Assembly: GCA_964480145.1 (NCBI GenBank)
Contig: CAYZOI010000001.1
Coordinates: 4,530-68,529 of the forward strand
DNA from: an uncultured Dehalococcoidaceae bacterium
GTDB lineage: Bacteria > Chloroflexota > Dehalococcoidia > Dehalococcoidales > RBG-16-60-22
Direction of reading: 5' to 3'
Length of the DNA stretch: 64,000 nucleotides
Position 1 is the first letter of the stretch; each line of letters begins with the position of its first letter. The notes under the pieces were generated by a model. The model did no database searches. It saw nothing but the letters and a program-made list of their open reading frames with translations, and had not been told where the DNA came from. The translations under genes were made by a program, and so were the position numbers. Below are positions 9,177-17,540 of this stretch, piece by piece.

Positions 9177-10330
9177 TCCGTCTTTGCCTTCCGCTTTCTC
9201 AATTCAACGGCAATGGCATTGCGCAGGATTTGATTCGCGCCTTCATATATCTGGGTGATTTTGGCGTCCCGCATCATCTTCTCGACCGGATAATCCTTCA
9301 TGTAGCCGGCACCTCCACAGACCTGCAACGCATCCGTGGTTACCTTCATCGCCACGTCCGAGGCGAAAACCTTGGCCATGGCTGACTCCTCCGTAATCCT
9401 CTTAGCACCGCTGTCCCCCATCCTCGCTGCGGCATAGACCAGCGCCCGGGCCGCTTCAACCTGAATGGCCATTTCCGCCAGCATGTCCTGCACCACCGGC
9501 AGCGAGATAATCGGATGGTCAAACTGGACACGCTGCTGGGCATAATCCACCGCCGCCTCGAGCGCTCCTTGCGCTATGCCAACCGCCTGCGCTCCTATCC
9601 CCGGTCGCGAGCGGTCAAAAAGCCGCATCGCCTGGATAAACCCCAGGCCCTCCCTGCCGATGAGGTTCTCCTGCGGGACAAAGCAGTTGCGGAAAACGAG
9701 CTCTCCCGTGGCTGAGGCCCGGATGCCCATCTTTTTCTCTTTCTTGCCAAAAGTAAAGCCCGGTATGTCCTTTTCCACGAAGATAGCGCTGGCGCCACGG
9801 GCGCCTCTGGTCTTGTCGGTCAGGACAATTACCGTGTAGAGCTCCGCCTCGCCAGCGTTGGTGATGAACTGCTTGGTGCCGTTGAGTCGATAGCCACCTT
9901 CAACTTTGTCTGCAGTCATCTTGATGGCGCCGGCATCGCTGCCCGCCGTGGCCTCGCTGATGGCGAACGCGGTCAGTCTCTTTCCGGCGGCAATATCCGG
10001 GAGATATTTACGTTTCTGCTCTTCGGTACCATACTCTACCAGGGTGTAGGAGCCAAGCGCATTTACCGCGTAAGTGGCCGCCACGCCGCCGCACACCCGA
10101 CTCAACTCCTCTACCACCAGGCATAGTTCCAGGCAGCCACCACCCAGCCCCTCATACTCCTCCGGTACGAATACGCGAAACATATCGGCATCGGCCAGGT
10201 CTTTTATTATTGCCCAGGGGAACTCTTCCTTCTCGTCCAGTTCGGCCCGGACCGGCAGAATCTTCTCCTCGGCAATCTTCCTGGCCAGATTTTTTATGGT
10301 CTTCTGTTCTTCAGTTAAGAAATATTCCAA
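9173..10330 (-). CDS. acyl-CoA dehydrogenase (short/medium-chain type)
   Basis: 385 aa. ..TEATAGSDA.., C-terminal ..QIYEGANQI.. motif. First gene of the acd-etfB-etfA operon. Confidence 0.9.
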   Translation of the reverse strand: MEYFLTEEQKTIKNLARKIAEEKILPVRAELDEKEEFPWAIIKDLADADMFRVFVPEEYEGLGGGCLELCLVVEELSRVCGGVAATYAVNALGSYTLVEYGTEEQKRKYLPDIAAGKRLTAFAISEATAGSDAGAIKMTADKVEGGYRLNGTKQFITNAGEAELYTVIVLTDKTRGARGASAIFVEKDIPGFTFGKKEKKMGIRASATGELVFRNCFVPQENLIGREGLGFIQAMRLFDRSRPGIGAQAVGIAQGALEAAVDYAQQRVQFDHPIISLPVVQDMLAEMAIQVEAARALVYAAARMGDSGAKRITEESAMAKVFASDVAMKVTTDALQVCGGAGYMKDYPVEKMMRDAKITQIYEGANQILRNAIAVELRKRKAKTE

Positions 10331-10409
10331 GGAAATGCTCCTTTCCTACCCCTACGATAGCCTTATCCGAATGTCCAACCCTCGACCGATAACTTTGCGA
10401 GGCACTAAA

Positions 10410-10437
10410 AAAATATCCTGATTAATAAAAAAGTCAA
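10410..10437 (-). promoter_or_regulatory. possible promoter of the acd-etfBA operon (TTGACT, 16 nt spacer, TATTTT on the minus strand)
   Basis: Read from the reverse complement of 10410-10437. Weak -10. Confidence 0.3.
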
Positions 10438-10481
10438 ATAAAATTATAAGTAAATTACCTCATCAGCGTCAAGGCGATAGC

Positions 10482-10510
10482 TTGACAGAGCCCTTTGCAG
10501 TAGCTATACT
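10482..10510 (+). promoter_or_regulatory. sigma70-like promoter (TTGACA, 17 nt spacer, TATACT)
   Basis: -35 at 10482-10487 and -10 at 10505-10510, read directly, about 55 nt upstream of ATG10567. Confidence 0.55.
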
Positions 10511-10566
10511 ACCGATTGCGAAGTACAAGCAAGGGTGGGCAGATTGGTATAAAGGGGGTGTTTAAG

Positions 10567-10797
10567 ATGGCAGCCAAGGCGTTTGTTTTGATTGAAACAG
10601 AGGTGGGTAAAACCAGAGACGTCGTTAATGCACTGCAAAAATTGAAAGGTGTTAATTCAGTTGATACCGTGACGGGCCCCTACGATATCATTGCCATCCT
10701 GCAGGGTGATAGCCTGAATGATATCGGCAACCTGGTTACCGGGAAGATTCACCCTATTTCCGGTATATCCCGTACGGTGACCTGCCTGGCAATTTAA
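10567..10797 (+). CDS. stand-alone Lrp/AsnC ligand-binding (RAM) domain protein
   Basis: ORF track 10516..10797. Start moved to ATG10567 (MAAKAFVLIETE..) behind AAGGGGG. 76 aa, AsnC_trans_reg-like ..V.SV..VTGPYDII... Confidence 0.65.
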   Translation: MAAKAFVLIETEVGKTRDVVNALQKLKGVNSVDTVTGPYDIIAILQGDSLNDIGNLVTGKIHPISGISRTVTCLAI

Positions 10798-10798
10798 G

Positions 10799-11638
10799 TT
10801 ACGCTTTCAACGACTTCAACACTTCGTTAACCGTCTGCTCGTCAGTTGAAGCGCCGGCGGTTACGCCGATATGACGTTTGCCTTCCAGCCAGGAAGTCTG
10901 GATTTCAGCGGCGGTTTCTACCAGATGCGTCTTCGTTATCTGAGAGCATAACTCAGCCAGACGATTGGTATTAGCGCTGTGGTGCCCGCCGACAACAAGC
11001 ATCATGTCCATCTGGCCGGCCAGTTCGATGGCGGCTGCCTGACGTTCCCTTATATCGTGACAGATGGTGTCAATAAGACGCATCTCCGAATCCCGGATAA
11101 AAGCCGTATCAATCAGTTTCCTGATGAAAGCGGTGAATTGGATCGGCACCTGGGTGGTCTGGGATAAAATTCCGATGCGGCGCGGTACCTGCCCCAGATT
11201 GGCAACAAATTTGTCATCCAGTGCCGCTATACCCTTTCCTCTGGTCCAGCCAAGAATACCCCTGACCTCCGGATGTTCGGCACCACCGAAAATAACCACC
11301 AGAAAGCCGGCTTCCGTCAGCCTGCGAGCGGCCACCTGCGCCCGAAGTACAAACGGACAGGTGGTGCTGATGATTTCGATATGCCTGGCTCTGATTTCCT
11401 CCTCCATTTGCGGGCTTATGCCGTGAGAGCTGGTTACCACCACATCGCCGCGAATATCGACTACATTTTTGGCTACCTGCACACCGATTTCCGATAGCTT
11501 TTGTAATACCTGCCGGTTATGCACCACTGCCCCCAGTGTTTCCACACCGCCACGCTCGCGGGCCACTTTCTCCAGTATGTCAATGGCCCGCTTCACACCG
11601 AAGCAAAAACCTATCTTGTCCGCCTTTTCAATTATCAT
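10799..11638 (-). CDS. ispH: 4-hydroxy-3-methylbut-2-enyl diphosphate reductase
   Basis: IspH/LytB motifs (GFCFGVKRAI, ..VVHN.., ..TTCPFV.., ..SANT..). The internal Met (MIIEKADK) is preferred because the track start at 11698 overlaps plsC. Confidence 0.85.
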   Translation of the reverse strand: MIIEKADKIGFCFGVKRAIDILEKVARERGGVETLGAVVHNRQVLQKLSEIGVQVAKNVVDIRGDVVVTSSHGISPQMEEEIRARHIEIISTTCPFVLRAQVAARRLTEAGFLVVIFGGAEHPEVRGILGWTRGKGIAALDDKFVANLGQVPRRIGILSQTTQVPIQFTAFIRKLIDTAFIRDSEMRLIDTICHDIRERQAAAIELAGQMDMMLVVGGHHSANTNRLAELCSQITKTHLVETAAEIQTSWLEGKRHIGVTAGASTDEQTVNEVLKSLKA

Positions 11639-11642
11639 CCGG

Positions 11643-12314
11643 TCATTTTTGTCCGTCACTGTATTGCCCCCGGTACTCTTCGGGCAACAGTTCAGCAATA
11701 CGTCCCATTATGGAATGGGTGAACTCTGCAAGCTGCACCCGGGTCACTTTGCCGTTTACCGATGAAAGGTTAAACGGGCAACCGATATTCACCGTGACTT
11801 TGGGACGGCGCAACCACCAGGTCAAGCCCGTTATCTTTTCAGTGCCGTGAATTCCCACCGGCAATATAGGCACACCGTTACGCACCGCAATGAGCGCGGC
11901 GCCGGAAAAAGCGTCAATCATCTGCCCTTCCAGGCTGCGCCGGCCCTCCGGAAAGACAATCAGCGCCATTCCCTCGCCGAACCACCGCTCGGCAAAGCGC
12001 AGCACATCCCGGTTCATACCGCCGCGCCGTATCGGAAAAGCGCCGTAGTTGCCGACAATGTACTTCTTAATCCGGGTACGGAATAATTCCTCCTTGGCCA
12101 GAAACATCGACCGCCTTTTGATACTGAGGCCCATTATCGGCGGGTCGGTCAGGCTCATGTGGTTCGCCGCCACCAGTAACGGCCCCTCAGCCGGAATATG
12201 CTCCCGCCCCAGCACCCGCCAGCGAGTAAAGAGGAACAGAACCACCCGGGTAAAAAAACGGCCTACGTAATATATCCAGTGCATTTTGTACTCTACAAAA
12301 ACTGTACTTTTCAA
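11643..12314 (-). CDS. plsC: 1-acyl-sn-glycerol-3-phosphate acyltransferase
   Basis: 223 aa. HX4D motif NHMSLTD and FPEGRRS motif. The start may be the Met at residue 11. Confidence 0.85.
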   Translation of the reverse strand: MKSTVFVEYKMHWIYYVGRFFTRVVLFLFTRWRVLGREHIPAEGPLLVAANHMSLTDPPIMGLSIKRRSMFLAKEELFRTRIKKYIVGNYGAFPIRRGGMNRDVLRFAERWFGEGMALIVFPEGRRSLEGQMIDAFSGAALIAVRNGVPILPVGIHGTEKITGLTWWLRRPKVTVNIGCPFNLSSVNGKVTRVQLAEFTHSIMGRIAELLPEEYRGQYSDGQK

Positions 12315-12368
12315 TTATAACGGCGAGCCAGGCTAAAAACAATTGATAAGGGCAACCACGCATTAGAG

Positions 12369-14135
12369 CTAGAGAATCACGTTCAGCAGCCCGCCCACGG
12401 CGAGGGATGCGATAATCATGACGGCAGACGCTTTGAGCAGCCCCTTCACACCCAGCTCCCGGAAAAGCACCACGAAGGTGGCGATGCAGGGAAAGAACAT
12501 CGCCAGAACTACACAGCCGATAACCAGCTGCCCCGAGGTTAGCGCCAGCGGTGCCAGCATGCCCACGGCCACGTCTTTGCGCAGGAAGCCTACCGCCAGC
12601 GCCACCACCGCTTCCTTGGGCAAACCCAGCAGGCCGGTGACGACCGGTGCCGTGAAATTGGCGATAGCATCGAAAACACCCAGTGCGTACAGTATGTTTA
12701 TCACCAGAACGGCGCCCAGAATAATCGGGATGGCCTCGCGCAGAAAACCATGAACCCTGAGCCACAGCTTCTGCAGCACGGTCCGCCACGGCGGCATTCG
12801 ATAGGGCGGTATCTCGATTAACAGCTCGGGGCTGAATCCCTTAACCATGCGGTTGAGAATAAAGCCAAGGACTATCCAGACGAGAAACAGGGTGCCGTAG
12901 ACAATGGCAACATATTGCAGGCCCCGCTCCCCCACCAGGCCGAAGACCATTGCCTGCAACGCGGCACAGGGCACGGCGATAGAGATAAGCGTGGCCGCGA
13001 TGAACCTCTCCCGTTTGCTTTCCAGTATCCTTGTCGCCAGAACTGCCGGCACGTTGCAGCCGAGTCCCAGCAGCGTGGGAATAATAGCATAGCCGTGAAG
13101 TCCCAGCCGGTGCATGATGGTATCCATAAGCACGGCCAGACGCGGCAGGTAACCGACGTCCTCCAGCAGCCCGAGCACCAGATAGAAAGCGATGATATAG
13201 GGGAGTACCATGGCAAAAGGCACATAGAGCCCGGTGGTCAGCAGGCCAAACGATTCTATGTAATTGACTTCACCAACGATGGTACTGCCAAGCAGCACGT
13301 CATGGAGAATACCAGAGCCTCCCATAAGATTGCTGAAAAAAAGTATCACCGGCGTCCAGAGGTGCTCGAACAGGGGGTCCAGAACATAGCCAATCAGGCT
13401 CTCCCCGATGAAGCGGATGCCGAGGAACATGCCAACGAGAACCACCGCGGCGATTATAATTCCGGTAAAGGGACGGACACTGGCATCCTCCAGGCGCTCC
13501 AGCCAGGTATGGTGACGGTGGGTGACACGCTGCACGTGTTCCACAATGTTGCCAATCGCCTGCCAGCGCTCATCATGACTGCGAGGCGGCAATCCTGGCA
13601 CGCTGGCTACAGGAATACTCTCTACCAGTTCCTTTATTCCCTGCCCGGTTATCGCCACTGTGGGGATAACCGGGACGCCGAGCAGCTCTTCAAGCCGTTT
13701 TAAATCAATGCTTATGCCGCGGTGGCCGGTGTCGTCCCACATATTCAGGGCGACGACCATCGGAACGCCTTTTTCCAGCAACTGGAGCGTCAGGTTGAGG
13801 TTTCTCTCCAGGTTGGTGGCATCAACCACATTGATGACCACATCGCCGGTGGCGAGCATTCGCAAAGCGATTTCTTCCGCCTCACAGGTTGGTTCCAAGC
13901 CGTAGGTCCCGGGCACATCAACCACTTCCGCCGTATCGTCCCCGACCTTCATCTGTCCATGCGTGTAACCAACCGTGGTGCCGGGATAGTTGGAGGCGAT
14001 AACCCGCACGCCGGTCATTCGTGAAAAAACGACACTCTTGCCAACATTGGGGTTGCCCATGAGGAGGATTTGTTTCAGGCCGCCCTTCTTCCCCCGGCGC
14101 TTTTTAACGTGTTTTCCCGTGCCGTGACATGCCAT
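12369..14135 (-). CDS. feoB: ferrous iron transporter FeoB (G-domain plus permease)
   Basis: 588 aa. G1 GNPNVGKS, G3 DVPG, then a polytopic membrane domain. Confidence 0.9.
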   Translation of the reverse strand: MACHGTGKHVKKRRGKKGGLKQILLMGNPNVGKSVVFSRMTGVRVIASNYPGTTVGYTHGQMKVGDDTAEVVDVPGTYGLEPTCEAEEIALRMLATGDVVINVVDATNLERNLNLTLQLLEKGVPMVVALNMWDDTGHRGISIDLKRLEELLGVPVIPTVAITGQGIKELVESIPVASVPGLPPRSHDERWQAIGNIVEHVQRVTHRHHTWLERLEDASVRPFTGIIIAAVVLVGMFLGIRFIGESLIGYVLDPLFEHLWTPVILFFSNLMGGSGILHDVLLGSTIVGEVNYIESFGLLTTGLYVPFAMVLPYIIAFYLVLGLLEDVGYLPRLAVLMDTIMHRLGLHGYAIIPTLLGLGCNVPAVLATRILESKRERFIAATLISIAVPCAALQAMVFGLVGERGLQYVAIVYGTLFLVWIVLGFILNRMVKGFSPELLIEIPPYRMPPWRTVLQKLWLRVHGFLREAIPIILGAVLVINILYALGVFDAIANFTAPVVTGLLGLPKEAVVALAVGFLRKDVAVGMLAPLALTSGQLVIGCVVLAMFFPCIATFVVLFRELGVKGLLKASAVMIIASLAVGGLLNVIL

Positions 14136-14150
14136 TCTCCCTCTCCTTCA

Positions 14151-14396
14151 TCACTGCTCTAGCTCAACGATAATTTTACTCGCCATGCCGAAACCAATCG
14201 CCAGCCGGGTACTGCCCAGCTGCACAGTTACCGGCCCCCGCATCAGCATCGAACTGACCTTGGTAATCTTTTTACCCGGCCTGATACCCAGAGCGTTGAG
14301 ACGGCTCACCAGTCCTGCTCCACCATCGATTTGCATCACTCTGCCACTCTGGCCGGGATACATTTGCCTCAGATTTATCTGCTTTTTTTCGGTCAT
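14151..14396 (-). CDS. feoA: FeoA-family protein
   Basis: 81 aa. SH3-like FeoA pattern (..G..v.i......rL..LGi.pG..i.v..). Directly upstream of feoB. Confidence 0.85.
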   Translation of the reverse strand: MTEKKQINLRQMYPGQSGRVMQIDGGAGLVSRLNALGIRPGKKITKVSSMLMRGPVTVQLGSTRLAIGFGMASKIIVELEQ

Positions 14397-14427
14397 ATGT
14401 CACCTTTTCTACAGAACCACGTCGCCC

Positions 14428-14850
14428 CTACCGCCGGGCCCGCTGACACCGGGCGCAGTAGCCGGCAACACGTATTTCCGTTTCTTCAATTTCGAAGCCT
14501 TTTGCTTCCGGAACTTCCTTTTTCAGATAGCTCGACAATGGGTAGCTGAATTCAATAACGCGTCCACAGCCAAGGCAGACCAGATGATAGTGTTCCCTGG
14601 TCGGCTTTACCTCATAATGATGATGGTTCTCACCGAAATGCAGCTCATCTATCAGGTCCAGCTCCTTCATCATCTGCAGGGTGCGATAGACTGTGGAGAG
14701 GCTGAGGCGCGGCTCCTTTTCACGGGCGCGACGAAATATCTCATCGGCGTCAAGGTGCCCCTGCCCCCGACGGATAATATCCATAATCAGGGCTCGCTGG
14801 CGAGTAGACCTCTTCCCGGCCCCATTCAGTTTTCTGCTACCCGTTGTCAT
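14428..14850 (-). CDS. fur: Fur-family metalloregulator
   Basis: 140 aa. Winged-helix N-terminus, HHHYEV, CLGCG..x..CARC zinc sites. Confidence 0.85.
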   Translation of the reverse strand: MTTGSRKLNGAGKRSTRQRALIMDIIRRGQGHLDADEIFRRAREKEPRLSLSTVYRTLQMMKELDLIDELHFGENHHHYEVKPTREHYHLVCLGCGRVIEFSYPLSSYLKKEVPEAKGFEIEETEIRVAGYCARCQRARR

Positions 14851-14879
14851 TTCATTGCCACCCTTAATATCTTAATGCT

Positions 14880-14898
14880 ATTGCAAATCATTTGCAAT
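14880..14898. promoter_or_regulatory. Fur-box-like operator, a perfect 9-1-9 palindrome ATTGCAAATCATTTGCAAT
   Basis: Read directly. 19 bp, AT-rich, centred about 39 nt upstream of the fur ATG and 4 nt downstream of the -10. Confidence 0.65.
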
Positions 14899-14902
14899 AA
14901 TA

Positions 14903-14931
14903 ATTATATATCATATGCCGTTTCCCGTCAA
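14903..14931 (-). promoter_or_regulatory. fur-feoAB promoter (TTGACG, 17 nt spacer, TATAAT on the minus strand)
   Basis: Reverse complement of 14926-14931 is TTGACG, and of 14903-14908 is TATAAT. Confidence 0.5.
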
Positions 14932-14954
14932 TTGGAAAGCCTTTCCAGTGTTTA

Positions 14955-16187
14955 TCACCGCTTGTGCAGCGCCGAAGCCCAGGAGAAAATGATGATGGCG
15001 ATTACTATAACCACAGCCGAATTAACCAGCAGCATGGTTGGTGCTCCCCAGAAGCTGGCACCGGCGCCGGTGAGCAGGTTGCCCAGTGGCAGTGTGCCAA
15101 CGGCAAACGCACGTGCCCCGGAAACCCTGCCTCGCATTTCCTCCGTAGACCACATCAGCAGCAGTGACTGAATAAGCACCATGCACATCCCCTGATTCAG
15201 TCCGGCTACAACCAGAATAATCAGAGACAGGGAAAAGAGGCGCGAGAAGGCGAAGAGCACCAGCATGGTCGGCCAGGCAATGGTTACCGCCACCAGCAGC
15301 CTTCCTCGACGTATCGAATAGGGCATTATAGCGACCAGGAACGGACCAACCGTATTACCAAGTCCAATCGCCGCCATGAGCTGGCTATAGCCAATTACCC
15401 CGGTGTGCAGAACATCCCGGGCAAATACCGGAATCAGGGTGAACCAGTACGGAAAGACAAAGAGGTTCACCAGGGCCGCAATCAGTATCAGTGCGGAAAG
15501 AGCCCGGTCCTGTCCCAAGTAGCGGAAGTCTGCCACCAGGCTCTGCCACATTGATTCCCGAGCCACCGGCACGAGTGGAGGTTCGATTTTCATTGGCAAA
15601 AGAGATAGAAAAGATAAGCAGAAGCTGGCGGCAACCAAGGCGAAGCAACCGCTGGCCCCGATAACCTCGAGCAGGCTCCCGCCGAGAAGCGGCCCCAGTA
15701 TAGTGGTACTGCCCTGCGCTACAAACAGGAGAGAAATGGCCGCGACCACGTGGTGTCTTTTCACGATATCGGCAGCGGCGGCATGCCGGGTGGAATAATC
15801 AAATGTGTATGATACGCCACCTACCAGGGTGAACAGAAAGAGATGCCATACCTCAAGCTGTGAGGTCTGGAATAACGCCATGATAATCAGGGCGCTGACA
15901 GCGTAAACCACCTGCACTGCGATAAGAATCTTACGCCTGTTAAAGCGGTCGGCAATGGTACCACAGAAAGGTCCCAGCAGCATGGAAACAAAACGACAGG
16001 CCCCCAGCAGACCAACCAGCAAAGGGGAATCCGTCATCTCCAGAACCAGCCAGGCACCGACCACCGTTTCCATCCAGCGGCCAATAAAAGTACCCATTGA
16101 AGAGATGAAAAGAAGGCGGAACTGCGGATAGTGCCAGGCGGCCAGAAACTGGCGGCGTTCCGTGGAGGGGGCTTCAGCTTCAGACAA
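14955..16187 (-). CDS. MFS transporter (EntS / transmembrane-secretion-effector-like)
   Basis: 410 aa with about 12 hydrophobic segments. N-terminal ..FRLLFISS.GTFIGRWM.. resembles the MFS_3/EntS family. Confidence 0.75.
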   Translation of the reverse strand: MSEAEAPSTERRQFLAAWHYPQFRLLFISSMGTFIGRWMETVVGAWLVLEMTDSPLLVGLLGACRFVSMLLGPFCGTIADRFNRRKILIAVQVVYAVSALIIMALFQTSQLEVWHLFLFTLVGGVSYTFDYSTRHAAAADIVKRHHVVAAISLLFVAQGSTTILGPLLGGSLLEVIGASGCFALVAASFCLSFLSLLPMKIEPPLVPVARESMWQSLVADFRYLGQDRALSALILIAALVNLFVFPYWFTLIPVFARDVLHTGVIGYSQLMAAIGLGNTVGPFLVAIMPYSIRRGRLLVAVTIAWPTMLVLFAFSRLFSLSLIILVVAGLNQGMCMVLIQSLLLMWSTEEMRGRVSGARAFAVGTLPLGNLLTGAGASFWGAPTMLLVNSAVVIVIAIIIFSWASALHKR

Positions 16188-16205
16188 TATCAGCCCCCAC
16201 AGGCC

Positions 16206-17024
16206 TCAGGCCCCCAACCTGTTTTTAATTTCGGGCATGGCTTTTTGTGCCGCCAGTTCACCCTGCTTGATGCACTCCCGGGCATGATGGTAATCACCCG
16301 CCCCGATATGCGCAACGTCCGGTTCAATCACGACGTCGGCTTTTTCCAAACCCGACCTCACCAGCGAATAGGTGCCAATGTGTATGGATTGAACCAGGAC
16401 ATGGAGGATATTTGGCTCCCTGGCGCCCTTCGTGCTTCTCTCAATTGATTGGTGTGCCCGGTCAAGCACGTCGGGGATAACATTGACCGCAATGATGAAA
16501 TCGGCGCCCATTTCTCTGGCAAGGCTCACCGGCACCGGGTTGGTCAGGCTGCCATCCACCAGGTGTCTGCCTCTCCGCTTCACCACGGTGAATATCCCCG
16601 GCAGGGAAATGCTGGCCCTGACCGCTTCTACCACGGAACCCCGGTCGAGCACAACCGCTTCCCCGGTATCAATATCGGTCGCGGTGCAGGCGAACGGTAT
16701 CAGTAAATCGCTGAATTTGATATTGCCGCCGAGGAGCGAGGTCAGCAGGTTGCTGAACTTCTTCCCCTTGATGAGCCCGGTCCTGGGCAGGGCTGGGTCA
16801 ATGAACTGGGTCAGCCTGCGCCGTGAAAGTTCGATGGTTTTTTCTTTGATGAGGCCGACGTTTATGCCCCGCGCATAGAGCGAACCAACCGCGGCCCCGA
16901 CGCTCGTGCCGGCAATCAGGTCAATGGGAATGCCCTCTTTCTCCAGAACGGTCAGTACACCGATATGCGCCATTCCCCGCACCGCACCACCCCCCATTGC
17001 CAGTCCGACCTTTGGCTTCGGCAA
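16206..17024 (-). CDS. patatin-like phospholipase
   Basis: 272 aa. GGGAVRG oxyanion motif, GTSVGA serine lipase motif, DG(S) Asp motif. Confidence 0.85.
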   Translation of the reverse strand: MPKPKVGLAMGGGAVRGMAHIGVLTVLEKEGIPIDLIAGTSVGAAVGSLYARGINVGLIKEKTIELSRRRLTQFIDPALPRTGLIKGKKFSNLLTSLLGGNIKFSDLLIPFACTATDIDTGEAVVLDRGSVVEAVRASISLPGIFTVVKRRGRHLVDGSLTNPVPVSLAREMGADFIIAVNVIPDVLDRAHQSIERSTKGAREPNILHVLVQSIHIGTYSLVRSGLEKADVVIEPDVAHIGAGDYHHARECIKQGELAAQKAMPEIKNRLGA

Positions 17025-17504
17025 TTAACCCCTCCTCAAGAACCAGGGACTGATATTGACGATTTTGCCCCGGTAATAGAACAAAATCATGATGCCAAGG
17101 ATAAGCATCACAATATCGATATAAAGCGCGCCGGCGATAGACAGCTTTAACTGTACCCATCTTTCCGCCTCACCAAAACAGCCGCAGGGCTTGTCGCCAA
17201 GCCCCTGAATGAGCAGTATGGTGTTATTGGCAATCAGGCCGACGGTAAGTGCCAGCGCAAAGGAAGCCACCAGTCGGGCGATACTGCCGGTGATGAGGAG
17301 CACGCCAATTAAAATCTCGACGCTGGGCAACCACCGGAAAATGAACTTGTCCAGCGCGATGGGCAGGAACTCCGGAAAAACGAAAATGACAAACGAATCC
17401 GTCTGGCTGAGAGTTTTCCCCAGACCGGCGGCCAGAAAAATAAGGCCCAGAATAATACCCGCGCCGATAGCTAACCAGTTAGCACGTGTCATGATATCAC
17501 ACAC
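17025..17504 (-). CDS. MauE/DoxX-like integral membrane protein
   Basis: 159 aa with 4 hydrophobic segments and a CGCFG motif typical of MauE-type proteins. Abuts the patatin start codon. Confidence 0.5.
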   Translation of the reverse strand: MCDIMTRANWLAIGAGIILGLIFLAAGLGKTLSQTDSFVIFVFPEFLPIALDKFIFRWLPSVEILIGVLLITGSIARLVASFALALTVGLIANNTILLIQGLGDKPCGCFGEAERWVQLKLSIAGALYIDIVMLILGIMILFYYRGKIVNISPWFLRRG

Positions 17505-17540
17505 CTCAATTGTTTGTGTTTCCGGTGGCGGGCCAGCCCC

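Noticed and set aside
14185-15171. 328-aa plus-strand ORF spanning feoA, fur and the MFS gene
   Set aside because: It is antisense to three well-supported genes and crosses their intergenic regions, including the Fur box. The product has no recognisable motifs. This is a typical high-GC shadow ORF.
16206-17024. Patatin-like phospholipase as a defence effector (CBASS CapV-like) linked to HerA
   Set aside because: I saw no cyclase, sensor or other CBASS component nearby. Its size and motifs fit housekeeping RssA/YlbK-type patatins, and its composition is host-like. Linkage to herA may be incidental.
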